Program-made: the position numbers and the translations under genes | Assembly (NCBI GenBank): GCA_021734945.1 | Contig: JAIPIA010000001.1 | Coordinates: forward strand, 308,415 to 372,414 | Source: Minisyncoccota bacterium | Lineage (GTDB): Bacteria; Patescibacteriota; Minisyncoccia; Phycocordibacterales; CAIZLB01 | Reading direction: 5' to 3' | DNA: 64,000 bases | Notes under the pieces: model-generated | Databases searched by the model: none | What the model was told of the DNA's origin: nothing | Seen by the model: only the letters and a program-made list of their open reading frames with translations | Shown here: positions 17,141 through 27,044 of the stretch, one piece after another | Layout: every line of letters starts with the position of its first letter | How positions within the stretch are numbered: the first letter of the stretch is position 1

Positions 17141-17803
17141 ATGGTAAAAATCTCCTGGAACCCAAACAAAAAGCTTAGTATGACACACGCATCAAACACG
17201 GTACTTAATCCCAAAGAGAATGTTGATGCTGTTGAAGCATTGACGCAGCGGTTTATTGATGGCGATGTAGAAGCCTTTACTGAACTGTATCAAAAAGTTA
17301 GGGGTATCCTGATTTCACATATCAGGCAGATCTTTCGCGGAGCATATGAAGAAGACATCTTTTCTGAAGCAATGGATGCTGCATGGAGGAAAAGACATAC
17401 CTACAATCAGAGAAAAGGCAAACTAGTTTTTTGGCTGACATCAATTGCCAGAAAAAAAGCCATCGATTTCCTGCGAAGGGTCGACGCGAGAGAAAGAATG
17501 TTAGACAGGTACAAAACAGCGTTAAGTTCAGATCCATCAAACAGGATCCATCACGAGGATACTGGAATTCGTCACCTCTTCCAAGAGGAGGAAGGGCAAA
17601 GAATCTTGGAAATCATGAAGAGACACCTTACTGAGGTCCAGGTCCAGGTGATGACTCTTCATTGGATTGCAAGAAAGTCGCAGAGGACAATCTCGGACGA
17701 ACAGAATATTCCACTCGGAACGGTGAAAGATCGCCTAAAATCAGGACTTGGTAATCTGATTCGACACGTCCAAAGGGAACCCTTCTACAAAGACCGCAGC
17801 TGA
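17141..17803 (+). CDS. ECF-type RNA polymerase sigma factor (sigma-70 regions 2 and 4)
   Basis: Region 2 (FTELYQK..DIFSEAMDAAWRKRHTY..FWLTSIARKKAIDFLRR) and region 4 HTH (LTEVQVQVMTLHWIARKSQRTISDEQNIPLGTVKDRLKSG). The true start may be downstream (MTHAS at ~17180). Confidence 0.7.
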   Translation: MVKISWNPNKKLSMTHASNTVLNPKENVDAVEALTQRFIDGDVEAFTELYQKVRGILISHIRQIFRGAYEEDIFSEAMDAAWRKRHTYNQRKGKLVFWLTSIARKKAIDFLRRVDARERMLDRYKTALSSDPSNRIHHEDTGIRHLFQEEEGQRILEIMKRHLTEVQVQVMTLHWIARKSQRTISDEQNIPLGTVKDRLKSGLGNLIRHVQREPFYKDRS

Positions 17804-17937
17804 AGCCATAAGGCAGAGGAAAACCTCTTGCCGGCTCACAGCAGGCGGTTTTTCTTTTGTCTAATTTTATACAAAAATCAAAGGCTATAAACATATGCAA
17901 GTAATGAAAAAGACCCCTTTCGGGGCCTTTTAATTGA

Positions 17938-18198
17938 CTATTTCTTTGCTGGTTTAGCTTTCTTGGCAACCTTAGCTTTCTTTACTTTAGCTTTTGGTTC
18001 CTTCTTAGCAGTTTTGGGTAGTTTCTCTTTTTTAGCAAGAGCGTTCTTACCTTTGTAGAGTCCACATGCAGAACATGCAATGTGCTTTAGTTTAGGCTGT
18101 CCGCAGTTTACGCAAAGAATGAAACCAACACCCTTAAGAGCGTGGTGGCTTCGTCGGTTTCGAGTGTGACCTCGAGTATGTCGCATGTGATTTACCAT
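17938..18198 (-). CDS. rpmF: 50S ribosomal protein L32 with a Lys/Ala-rich C-terminal tail
   Basis: HTRGHTRNRRSHHALK ... C.NCG.PKL.H..C.ACG; C-terminal tail AKKEKLPKTAKKEPKAKVKKAKVAKKAKPAKK. Confidence 0.8.
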   Translation of the reverse strand: MVNHMRHTRGHTRNRRSHHALKGVGFILCVNCGQPKLKHIACSACGLYKGKNALAKKEKLPKTAKKEPKAKVKKAKVAKKAKPAKK

Positions 18199-18409
18199 AG
18201 TTCCTAAAGTATACTTATTTTTCTAATTTTGGCAAACGTCATATATCCACTTTGGTCATTTTGGCCGTCTAGTCTCTTTAAATTACCTGAAGTTTTTATA
18301 AAAATATTTACTAAGATTATGTATGAAAATTGAAAACCGCCTTGGTGGTGGCGGTCTCCTGAGTGGATCAGGTGTATAGTATATATGGTTGATGCACATA
18401 TTTAAACCA

Positions 18410-18703
18410 CTAACGTTTGAAAACATGATTAAGTCTCAGACTAAGCCAGACTTTCAAAAATTTGAGGGATTTAGGCATCCAAAAATTGGCCTCGACATTC
18501 CTAACTTGAATACCTTTGATATCTTGCCGTTGAAGCTCTTGATACTCAGCCAAAACTGCAGCTGAAACATCATTACGGAGGAGACTCATGCCTGTAAAGT
18601 ACTCAGGGTGTTCCATACGATATGTATACACTCTCTCCCCCTCACCAGGACTCCGCTCGTACCAAACAGCAGGTCTCCGATTAGACACAGACAAAATTTT
18701 CAT
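18410..18703 (-). CDS. Hypothetical protein (97 aa) followed by a hairpin terminator
   Basis: ORF plus downstream hairpin ACCGCCACCACCAAGGCGGTTTTC. Confidence 0.35.
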   Translation of the reverse strand: MKILSVSNRRPAVWYERSPGEGERVYTYRMEHPEYFTGMSLLRNDVSAAVLAEYQELQRQDIKGIQVRNVEANFWMPKSLKFLKVWLSLRLNHVFKR

Positions 18704-18841
18704 GATTTAAAATTCTTAAAAGGTTCCAAAATCTTGATCATCCTGGAAACAGCACGGGTTTCAGGCAAGATTAATCTTATGTTATATGAACCTATTATTT
18801 AGTCAATTTTGTATAATTTAGATTTTATTTTTATCTTAATT

Positions 18842-19681
18842 TTACTTACTATTTAAAATATTTTTACAGAAACTTCTTCTATGTTCATCCGACAAACCAA
18901 ACTTTTTCAATGCAAGCCTATGTTTAAGAGTTCCATACCCTTTGTGCACATCAAATTCATATACTGAATATTTAGTATTTTTTGATAACTTTTTCATACG
19001 AGCATCTCGATTAACTTTGGCATAGACTGAGGCAAGTGATATTACGAGCTCTTTTTCATCACCTTTTATAATAGTTTTTTGTGAACCTACAGGAAGTTCA
19101 GTTTTTAATCCCCCATCGAGTAAAACATTCAATTGTTCGAAAGATACTCTCAGCGCCGATAAAGACTCTTCTGAAGATACCTGTTCCACTTGTTTAGAAA
19201 TTTTTGATATTTTCTTTAAGTTTTTATTTACCAGGTCTTTTATACAAACAGCAATTCCCTTTTTATCAATTTCTTCTGCCGACGCACTACTTGTACATGC
19301 ATACAAAAATACTTCATTCACAAGTTTTTGAACTACTTTATACCAAAATTCTCGATCAGATTCTTTCATCTTTTTTGAATCAACTCCGATTGGGTATTCT
19401 TTTTTTACTCCTCCATTTAGCTCACCTGAAGTTCCCATCAATTTTTCTCGAAGATTTGCATAAGTTCGAGCAACACTACCATCAATTAAAAATGCAACAG
19501 CTCCCACAGTTACAGGCCCAGCAAGTGGACCACGACCAACTTCATCTATTCCAACCAACCATTTTTTGCATTCCATAAAATCTGCAGATTTTATGGAATT
19601 TACTACGCTTCCATCGGACTTTGAGAGCGTCTTGGATTTATCCCCAGTTTTGTGATTTTTGGTTTTTTTCATAAAAGTCAT
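18842..19681 (-). CDS. rnhB: Ribonuclease HII with N-terminal extension and internal insertion
   Basis: GIDEVGRGPLAGPVTVGAV, DSKK, SLASVYAKVNRD, HKGYGT..H. Likely start MKKTKNHK (~19672). Confidence 0.75.
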   Translation of the reverse strand: MTFMKKTKNHKTGDKSKTLSKSDGSVVNSIKSADFMECKKWLVGIDEVGRGPLAGPVTVGAVAFLIDGSVARTYANLREKLMGTSGELNGGVKKEYPIGVDSKKMKESDREFWYKVVQKLVNEVFLYACTSSASAEEIDKKGIAVCIKDLVNKNLKKISKISKQVEQVSSEESLSALRVSFEQLNVLLDGGLKTELPVGSQKTIIKGDEKELVISLASVYAKVNRDARMKKLSKNTKYSVYEFDVHKGYGTLKHRLALKKFGLSDEHRRSFCKNILNSK

Positions 19682-19702
19682 AAAAAATGTATACTTAAGT
19701 AT

Positions 19703-22700
19703 ATGGCTTCACCTGATGCATCACAAGCGACCAAACCTGAATCTTACGGCCGATTCGTACACTTACACACACATAGTCACTATAGTCTTCTGCAAGCATT
19801 ACCTAAGACGAAAGCACTCGTAAAAGCTACTATTGAACGTGGTATGCCAGCACTTGCTCTAACAGATGCTGGAAACATGTATGGAACTATTGAGTTCTAC
19901 AAAGAGTGTCAGAAGCAAGGTATCAAACCTATTATCGGAGTGGATTTTTATGTTGCTGTTCGAACTCGTTTTGATAGAGAACCACGTATCGACAACAAAA
20001 GAAGTCGCCTTGTGATGCTAGCTAAAAATTCAGAAGGCTACAGAAACCTAATTAAACTAGTTACAGCATCAAGTATCGAAGGTTTTTACTATAAACCACG
20101 TATTGATAAGGAGCTTATCGAAAAGCACAAAGAAGGTCTTGTTGTGATTAGCCCATCTTTTAGTGGAGATATTGCATATGCACTCAAAGGAAACAATATT
20201 GAACATGCAAAAGAAATTGCTGCATTTTATAAAACACATTTTGGTGATGATTTTTATCTTGAAGTAACACATCATCCTGAGGTTGAAGATCATCAAGAAG
20301 CAATGATTAAAGTCGTGGAGTTTGCAAAAAATGAAGGTATAAAACTCGTTGCTGCTCATGACACGTACTATATTAAACCAACAGACAAAAAGGCACGCGA
20401 GACACTTGTTTCTGTACAAGACCAATTCGGGGCAAAGAGTCGTGAAGATAATGCTGACTTTTCTTTTATCACACAAGAGCAAGCTGAAGAATATTTCAAA
20501 AACTTTCCTATTAATTCTCAAAAAACAAATGATGGTGGACTACAAGGTTCTGGAGCTGAGATGAATCTTGAAGACGATGGATTCGATGACGGTGAAGACG
20601 ATAACTTTGATCCATTTACAGGAGAAGTTATTAACTCTGAAAAAGAAGTTGGTGGCGCTAAAAAGTTTAAAGAAGATCAAAAAGCAGCTGATGCACAAAA
20701 AATCATAGACGCACGAGGAGAAACTATAAACATTGAGTATGCGTTAGATTCATGTAAAGAGATTGTTGATAAATGTAATCTTGAAATCGCACTTGGTAAG
20801 TGGCTCTTCCCTGAATTTACAGTAGAGAGTGGACGTACTGCAGACGATGAACTCCGTGTACTTACATATGCAGGTCTTGAGCGACGAAAAGTAGAACTAA
20901 CAGATGAAGTAAAAACACGTATCGATTACGAACTTGATGTTATTAAAACAAAAGGTTATTCACCATACTTTCTTGTGGTAGCCGATCTTCTACACTACGC
21001 ACACAATAACGGTATTCTCACAAACATTCGAGGATCTGTAGCGGGCTCTATGGTTACGTATCTTACTGGTATTACAAACGTAAACGCTATTGATTATAAA
21101 CTCCCCTTCGAACGATTCTTGAACCCTGAGCGACCCTCTGCTCCCGATATCGATATGGACTTTGCCGATAACCGTCGAGATCAGATGATTCAATATTCTC
21201 GAGAAAAATACGGCGCTGACAAAGTGGCCCAGATTGGAACCTTCGGAACAATGATGGCCAAAGGTTCTATTCGTGACGTGGCACGAGCCATGGGTTTTCC
21301 ATATACACTTGGTGATCAAATTTCTAAACTTATTCCTATGGGCCAACAAGGTTTTGCAATGACAATCGAGCGTGCAATGAATGAAACTCCAGAATTTAAG
21401 GAATTATACGACACTAATCCAGACGTTCGAACGATAGTGGATATGGCAAAACAAATTGAAGGTTGTGCAAGACACATCTCTGTGCATGCCGCAGGTGTAG
21501 TAATTTCTCCAATTCCACTTACTGATATCGTGCCTCTCCAGCTCGATCCAAAAGCAACAGATGGTAACAATACAGGAAGAATTATTACCCAGTACGACAT
21601 GCGTTCTGTAGATGAAAACAACGCTGGACTTTTGAAATTCGACTTCTTGGGAATTAAAAACCTTTCTCAGCTTTCTGATGCTATAAATCTTGTAAAAATA
21701 ATTGAAGGCATCACGATTGACCTAGATGAAATTTCTCTTGAAGATAAAAAGACATTCGAAATGCTTGCACGTGGTGAGACTGAAGGTTTGTTCCAATTGA
21801 ACGGTTCTGGTATGACTCGTTTCTTGAAAGAATTGAAACCAACAACTATTCATGACATCAACGCCATGGTGGCTTTGTATCGACCTGGACCAATGGAAAC
21901 TATTCCAGAATATATTCGTCGAAAAAATGATGCATCGCTCATCAAATACGAAGATCCACGAATGGAAAAATATCTTAAGGAATCATACGGACTCATCGTA
22001 TATCAAGATGACTTGCTCTTTTCTGCTATTGAACTCGCTGGATATTCATGGCTTGAAGCCGACAAGTTCCGAAAAGCTGTAGGTAAAAAGAACCGAGAAG
22101 AAATGGCAGCACAGCGCGAAAAACTTACTGAGGGTATTATCAAAAAAGGCCAGACAAAGGCTTTTGCGGATAGACTTTGGAAGCTTTTCGAACCATTCCA
22201 AGCATACGGATTCAACAAAGCTCATGCCGCAAGTTATGGAAACTTGGCGTACAAGACTTCTTATATGAAGGCTAACTTCCCTGCTATATATATGGCGGCA
22301 GTCCTTACAGGTGCACATGGCGACACAGAAGAAATTTCTATTTACATCAATGAATGTAAGCGACTTGGTATTCCTGTACTTGCTCCAAACATTAATGAAA
22401 GTTTTGGTGACTTCACAGTTATTAAAGGTGAAAAAACTGGTGGAGGTATGGATGCTCAAGGTAATTTTATTCCAGAAGTTCAGCACGACAAGATTCGTTT
22501 CGGACTGTATAGTATTAAAAACTTTGGTGAAGGTATTGGTGATGCAATTATCGCGGAGCGAAAAAATAATGGACCATTCACAACTCTTGAAAATTTCCTC
22601 GATCGAGTGAAAGATAAAAATCTCAACAAAAAATCTCTTGAAGCACTCGTAAAAGCTGGAGCGATGGATGATTTTGGCAATCGATCAGTAATGCTCGCCA

Positions 22701-23626
22701 ACCTTCCTGATTTACTTGAATATAATAAAGAGCAACAGAAGCGACCTGATAACCAAACTTCCCTTTTTGGAATGTTTGATACGGCTCCAGCGGCAAGTGC
22801 TGGTGCAGATAGTGGCAGTAACGGTGGCAATAATAGCGGAAATAATGACGCTGGCAACAATGGAAGCAACGGCACAAATTCAAAAGCAGTGAAAATTGGT
22901 GGATATGGTGAACATCTCAAACTTCGTACTGACAATATTGAAGGAGGGCTAGCTACACAATCACAAATGCTTGCGTGGGAAAAAGAATTACTCGGTCTCT
23001 ACATCACCGGTCACCCACTCGATAAGTATCGGGAAATTCTGGATAAACGAGATATTAATATTGAAAAATTGAAAAAAGTTATTGAAGCTGATGCAGAAGA
23101 ATTTGCTGCAAAGGTTGCCAAAGAAGCAGACGCAAAATCTGCGCTAGAATCAATGGACCGTCAGAAACGTGAATTTGAAGAAGCAAATGGTATTGTAAGT
23201 GATATTGTGAGTGGTTTGGATGGTTCTACTGATGGTGGCGACAAGAAGGACGTCAAAGATGAGAAAAAAGATACTAAGAATACAAAATCAGGAGGAGGCA
23301 ATTCTGGAGAACCTAAAAAACGTTTCAATAAAGAGGAATGGAAAAAGCAGATGCAAGCAAATCAACCAAAGGAACGCCAAGTTGTAGTTGCTGGTATTAT
23401 CGAGGAAGCTAAAGAAATTGCCACAAAGAAAGATCCTACTATCCGTATGATGTTTTTGAGACTTGCAGACTTTACAGGTTCTATTGAGGTCGTAGTATTT
23501 CCAAAAACCTATGAACAATTCAAATCAGTCCTAGTTCCTGAAGCATGCGTCGCAATCAAAGCAAAGACTTCAAGTCGAAATGGTACGCCGAGTTTGATTA
23601 TAGATACCGTGAAGGTGTTGAATTAA
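19703..23626 (+). CDS. dnaE: DNA polymerase III alpha subunit
   Basis: PHP domain FVHLHTHSHYSLLQALP, polymerase core and OB fold; 1300+ aa with N/G-rich and K/E-rich inserts. The ORF opens at 19652; the likely start is MASPD (19703). Confidence 0.9.
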   Translation: MASPDASQATKPESYGRFVHLHTHSHYSLLQALPKTKALVKATIERGMPALALTDAGNMYGTIEFYKECQKQGIKPIIGVDFYVAVRTRFDREPRIDNKRSRLVMLAKNSEGYRNLIKLVTASSIEGFYYKPRIDKELIEKHKEGLVVISPSFSGDIAYALKGNNIEHAKEIAAFYKTHFGDDFYLEVTHHPEVEDHQEAMIKVVEFAKNEGIKLVAAHDTYYIKPTDKKARETLVSVQDQFGAKSREDNADFSFITQEQAEEYFKNFPINSQKTNDGGLQGSGAEMNLEDDGFDDGEDDNFDPFTGEVINSEKEVGGAKKFKEDQKAADAQKIIDARGETINIEYALDSCKEIVDKCNLEIALGKWLFPEFTVESGRTADDELRVLTYAGLERRKVELTDEVKTRIDYELDVIKTKGYSPYFLVVADLLHYAHNNGILTNIRGSVAGSMVTYLTGITNVNAIDYKLPFERFLNPERPSAPDIDMDFADNRRDQMIQYSREKYGADKVAQIGTFGTMMAKGSIRDVARAMGFPYTLGDQISKLIPMGQQGFAMTIERAMNETPEFKELYDTNPDVRTIVDMAKQIEGCARHISVHAAGVVISPIPLTDIVPLQLDPKATDGNNTGRIITQYDMRSVDENNAGLLKFDFLGIKNLSQLSDAINLVKIIEGITIDLDEISLEDKKTFEMLARGETEGLFQLNGSGMTRFLKELKPTTIHDINAMVALYRPGPMETIPEYIRRKNDASLIKYEDPRMEKYLKESYGLIVYQDDLLFSAIELAGYSWLEADKFRKAVGKKNREEMAAQREKLTEGIIKKGQTKAFADRLWKLFEPFQAYGFNKAHAASYGNLAYKTSYMKANFPAIYMAAVLTGAHGDTEEISIYINECKRLGIPVLAPNINESFGDFTVIKGEKTGGGMDAQGNFIPEVQHDKIRFGLYSIKNFGEGIGDAIIAERKNNGPFTTLENFLDRVKDKNLNKKSLEALVKAGAMDDFGNRSVMLANLPDLLEYNKEQQKRPDNQTSLFGMFDTAPAASAGADSGSNGGNNSGNNDAGNNGSNGTNSKAVKIGGYGEHLKLRTDNIEGGLATQSQMLAWEKELLGLYITGHPLDKYREILDKRDINIEKLKKVIEADAEEFAAKVAKEADAKSALESMDRQKREFEEANGIVSDIVSGLDGSTDGGDKKDVKDEKKDTKNTKSGGGNSGEPKKRFNKEEWKKQMQANQPKERQVVVAGIIEEAKEIATKKDPTIRMMFLRLADFTGSIEVVVFPKTYEQFKSVLVPEACVAIKAKTSSRNGTPSLIIDTVKVLN

Positions 23627-23651
23627 GATCAGCCTTAAACTGAAAATTTAA

Positions 23652-23894
23652 TTAATCGAGAATATCTTCAAGCGGCATTGCTTTAAATTTGTATTTATTA
23701 ATGTCTTTTCTAGACCGGCTAATCACTTCTTCAAGATAAGGGTTCATATCGTCGTCAGCCGTGAACTTCACCTCACGTGTCCGTATGAGCTGCCTTAGAA
23801 AAGCATTGATAACACCACTCAATGTTAATCCCATATTATCTATAATCATCTGAGCTTCCCTTTTGACTCTTGCGTCAGCCTTAATGTGAATCAT
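23652..23894 (-). CDS. RelB/DinJ-family antitoxin-like ribbon-helix-helix protein (orphan; no toxin gene adjacent)
   Basis: MIHIKADARVKREAQMIIDNMGLTLSGVINAFLRQLIRTREVKF matches the DinJ pattern. The longest ORF reaches 23918. Confidence 0.55.
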   Translation of the reverse strand: MIHIKADARVKREAQMIIDNMGLTLSGVINAFLRQLIRTREVKFTADDDMNPYLEEVISRSRKDINKYKFKAMPLEDILD

Positions 23895-23992
23895 TGTTGT
23901 CTTTATAGTTGGTCTCATATTTAATATTTAGTCTTGAAGTTAGTTTTAAATTTGATTAAATATGTTTTTAAATATCTTTTGCATATATCAAA

Positions 23993-24120
23993 TATCCAAC
24001 GTGTATCCCTTTTATACTGTTTATGTATCCATAGTGTATCTATTGGATACTTGATACATATACATCAATACTCATTACCTTGATACACATAACTTGATAC
24101 ACACAACTTGATACACCCGC
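23993..24120. repeat. Second TGTATCC repeat array: 11-bp-phased units at 23993/24004/24026/24037, the 18-mer GGATACTTGATACATATA, then three tandem AACTTGATACAC units
   Basis: Read directly. It shares the terminal 18-mer with array 10269-10340 and is flanked by AT-rich DNA (23920-23990 and 24120-24300). Confidence 0.7.
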
Positions 24121-24299
24121 ATCAATTTAATTTTATTTCCATTTTCAGCCAAATATAGTCAATCAAATACGACTCATTCACTCCTAGCCACAACTATAGA
24201 AACATACCAGATCAACATGAAATAGACATAAATTAAATATAAAAAACCTAGCCAATTCATACGCACAAATCTCAAAATATGTGCTAAAATGCCCGTATT

Positions 24300-26138
24300 A
24301 TGAAAAAAGAAACAGACGCGTCTAACGACGCCGTGCACGCTTCAAATAGCGCACAATCAATAGAACATATCAGACACTCGCTAGCTCATCTTCTTGCAAC
24401 CGCAACGGTGAGTTTATATCCTGATACGCTTCTTACGATTGGACCAGCTGTTGAAAACGGTTTCTACTATGACATGGACTTTACTGCCCCACTCAAGGAT
24501 GCAGACCTTCCAGTTATCGAACAGAAAATGCGAGATATTCTCAAAGATTGGACTATTTCAAGTAAAAAAGGCGTAGCACCTGATGCTTGTCATTTCTTAC
24601 ACAAAGAGGTTTCAGTAGACGAAGCACGAGCTTTGTTTGCAAACAACCCATACAAACTTGAACTTATCGAGGAAATTAATGCTAAAGGTGAAAAGATAAC
24701 ACTCTATACAGTAGGTTCTGGAACAGAGTATGAGTTCACAGATCTTTGCCGTGGTGGACATGCTGATGATATGAGTACAATTGATCAAAATTCATTTGCA
24801 CTCACTCGTCTTGCAGGTGCTTATTGGCGAGGTGACGAAAAAAACAAAATGCTCACACGAGTATATGGACTTGCTTTCCAGACTAAAGATGAACTCAAAG
24901 CGTATCAAACGCTCATGGAAGAAGCACGAAAGCGTGATCACCGAATTCTTGGAGAAAAACTCAATCTATTTTGCTTTGATGAATCAATAGGTAAAGGACT
25001 TCCATTATGGCTACCTAAAGGAAATATTGTCAAGGAACAACTAGAAGAATGGGCAAAAGATACTGAAAAGAAATGGGGCTACCAGAGAGTTACAACTCCT
25101 ATTATTACAAAGGAAAACTTATTCTATACATCTGGGCACTTACCTCTTTATAAAGAAAGTATGTATGCTCCTATTCAGATAGAGGATGAGAATTACTACA
25201 TTAAGCCGATGAACTGTCCGTTCCATCACAAGATTTTCTCCGCAAGAATGCGAAGTTACAAAGAGCTTCCTCTCCGTGTTGCTGAATACGGTTGGTGTCA
25301 TAGATATGAAGATTCAGGTAGTCTTTTTGGACTTATGCGAGTGCGAGGAATGCAAATGAACGATGCACATATATATGTTCAGAAAGAAAAGGCTGTTGAA
25401 GAATTTGTTCAAGTCATCAAACTTCATGAGTATTATTATAAAACTCTTGGTATCAAAAACTATGAAATGGAACTCGCTCTCCGCGACCCAAGCAAGATGG
25501 ATAAGTATCATGGAAACGAGGAAGACTGGAAAGACGCTGAACGAATGACAATAGAAGCTATGGAGCAATCCGGGGTGCCTTACAAAGTAGTCCAAGAAGG
25601 AGCTGCTTTTTATGGACCAAAAATGGATTTCCAGATTTTCTCTTCAATAGGACGAGCATTTACAGCATCTACAAACCAACTTGACCTCTACATGGGTAAA
25701 GCATTCGAACTTGAATATGTAGATAATGATGGTGTAAAAAAGACTCCAGCAGTTATTCACAGAGCCCCTCTTGGTACACACGAGCGATTCATTGGTTTTC
25801 TTATTGAGCACTTTGGTGGAGCTTTCCCAGTATGGCTCTCACCTGTTCAGGTAAAGATTGTACCTATCGGCGAACGTCAAATGGAATATGCAACAATTCT
25901 AAACCAAACTCTCCTCGATGCAGACATTCGTGTGGAACTCGATTCATCAAATGATGGATTAGGTAAAAAAATCAGAAGTGCAAAACAGGAAATGATTCCT
26001 TACGTTCTAGTTATTGGAGATAAAGAAATTGAAACAAACACAGTTACTGTTGAAAGCCGAACTGGAAATGAAGGTGCTGTAACTATTGAAGATTTCATAG
26101 GGCGAATTACGTCTGAAATAAAAAACCGAAGTTTGTAA
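24300..26138 (+). CDS. thrS: Threonyl-tRNA synthetase
   Basis: Class II core with HRILGEKLNLF, the zinc-site motif CPFHH and a C-terminal anticodon-binding domain; 612 aa. Confidence 0.85.
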   Translation: MKKETDASNDAVHASNSAQSIEHIRHSLAHLLATATVSLYPDTLLTIGPAVENGFYYDMDFTAPLKDADLPVIEQKMRDILKDWTISSKKGVAPDACHFLHKEVSVDEARALFANNPYKLELIEEINAKGEKITLYTVGSGTEYEFTDLCRGGHADDMSTIDQNSFALTRLAGAYWRGDEKNKMLTRVYGLAFQTKDELKAYQTLMEEARKRDHRILGEKLNLFCFDESIGKGLPLWLPKGNIVKEQLEEWAKDTEKKWGYQRVTTPIITKENLFYTSGHLPLYKESMYAPIQIEDENYYIKPMNCPFHHKIFSARMRSYKELPLRVAEYGWCHRYEDSGSLFGLMRVRGMQMNDAHIYVQKEKAVEEFVQVIKLHEYYYKTLGIKNYEMELALRDPSKMDKYHGNEEDWKDAERMTIEAMEQSGVPYKVVQEGAAFYGPKMDFQIFSSIGRAFTASTNQLDLYMGKAFELEYVDNDGVKKTPAVIHRAPLGTHERFIGFLIEHFGGAFPVWLSPVQVKIVPIGERQMEYATILNQTLLDADIRVELDSSNDGLGKKIRSAKQEMIPYVLVIGDKEIETNTVTVESRTGNEGAVTIEDFIGRITSEIKNRSL

Positions 26139-26154
26139 TTTAAACAAAAGAAGG

Positions 26155-26188
26155 GCCCAGCTGCGCACATTGCGCAGCTGGGCTTTTT
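26155..26188 (+). terminator. Strong intrinsic terminator after thrS (GCCCAGCTGCGCA..TGCGCAGCTGGGC + T-run)
   Basis: 13-bp stem with T-run. Confidence 0.65.
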
Positions 26189-26217
26189 CGATCTTTTTTT
26201 TACCAGTTTCAACTACG

Positions 26218-26754
26218 TCAGAACCTACTGTCCGGGTCATATTGATCAAAAGCCCTGATTGACACGCGATGACGGAGGCATTCTGCCCGCCACCTCCAGA
26301 ACTTATCCGGAGGGAGTTTTGTCAAATTCCCAGCCGTGTCAACGACCCAGAATAGGCCATTAGGATGCTCTGCAGTACGCCGAGTATCCAACCTGGCGTT
26401 ATAGCCCTCGCGAGGTATTGGCGGCGTCACATGTTTTGACTGAGACCTAATAGGTCTCTGGCTAACTTGCGGTGCATTGACCGTTGCCAAAGATGTTCTC
26501 GGCTTCGGCTGAACACTCCTTTGAACCTGAGGCTGCTGGGCTGCAACTGGTTGCGGGTAGCTGTACGTAGGCGCTGGATTGGGCGCCGGGTACTGGTTGT
26601 AGTACAAGATCTCTGGAGGAACCCTATATAGACGTCCATCAAGACCTTTGTAAACACCGACCTGACATGACGTCAAGCAAAGAGCAAGCGCGCACATGAT
26701 AAGGGTTGTACGACCCGCCAGAAATGATGGCGCATTGGAAGCTGTGTGCTTCAT
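26218..26754 (-). CDS. Pro/Gln-rich predicted lipoprotein; markedly GC-rich ORF (visual estimate ~50%+)
   Basis: Signal peptide with lipobox LTSCQ and a proline-rich repeat region. Its composition is very different from the flanking genes. Confidence 0.5.
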   Translation of the reverse strand: MKHTASNAPSFLAGRTTLIMCALALCLTSCQVGVYKGLDGRLYRVPPEILYYNQYPAPNPAPTYSYPQPVAAQQPQVQRSVQPKPRTSLATVNAPQVSQRPIRSQSKHVTPPIPREGYNARLDTRRTAEHPNGLFWVVDTAGNLTKLPPDKFWRWRAECLRHRVSIRAFDQYDPDSRF

Positions 26755-27044
26755 AACTTTCTATCCTCCTAATATACTGCGTGGTTTTACATCAGGGGCG
26801 ATCAGCCCTAGCGACAATTACAATCAACTGTTTTGCTCATCTGTTAGGACGAACTCATTTGAAAGGTGGCTCTACTAACGTTTTTGGAATGCAGTTAATT
26901 CCGAGCTGATTATGTACTATACGGTAAGTATTGTCAATATTGATATTATATTGTACAGTTTAAAAACGCGAATGGAACAAGCCTTGCTTTGGAAAAAGGT
27001 TGAAAACGTTTCTACTCGCAAACCTGTACACTTACTTAGAACAA

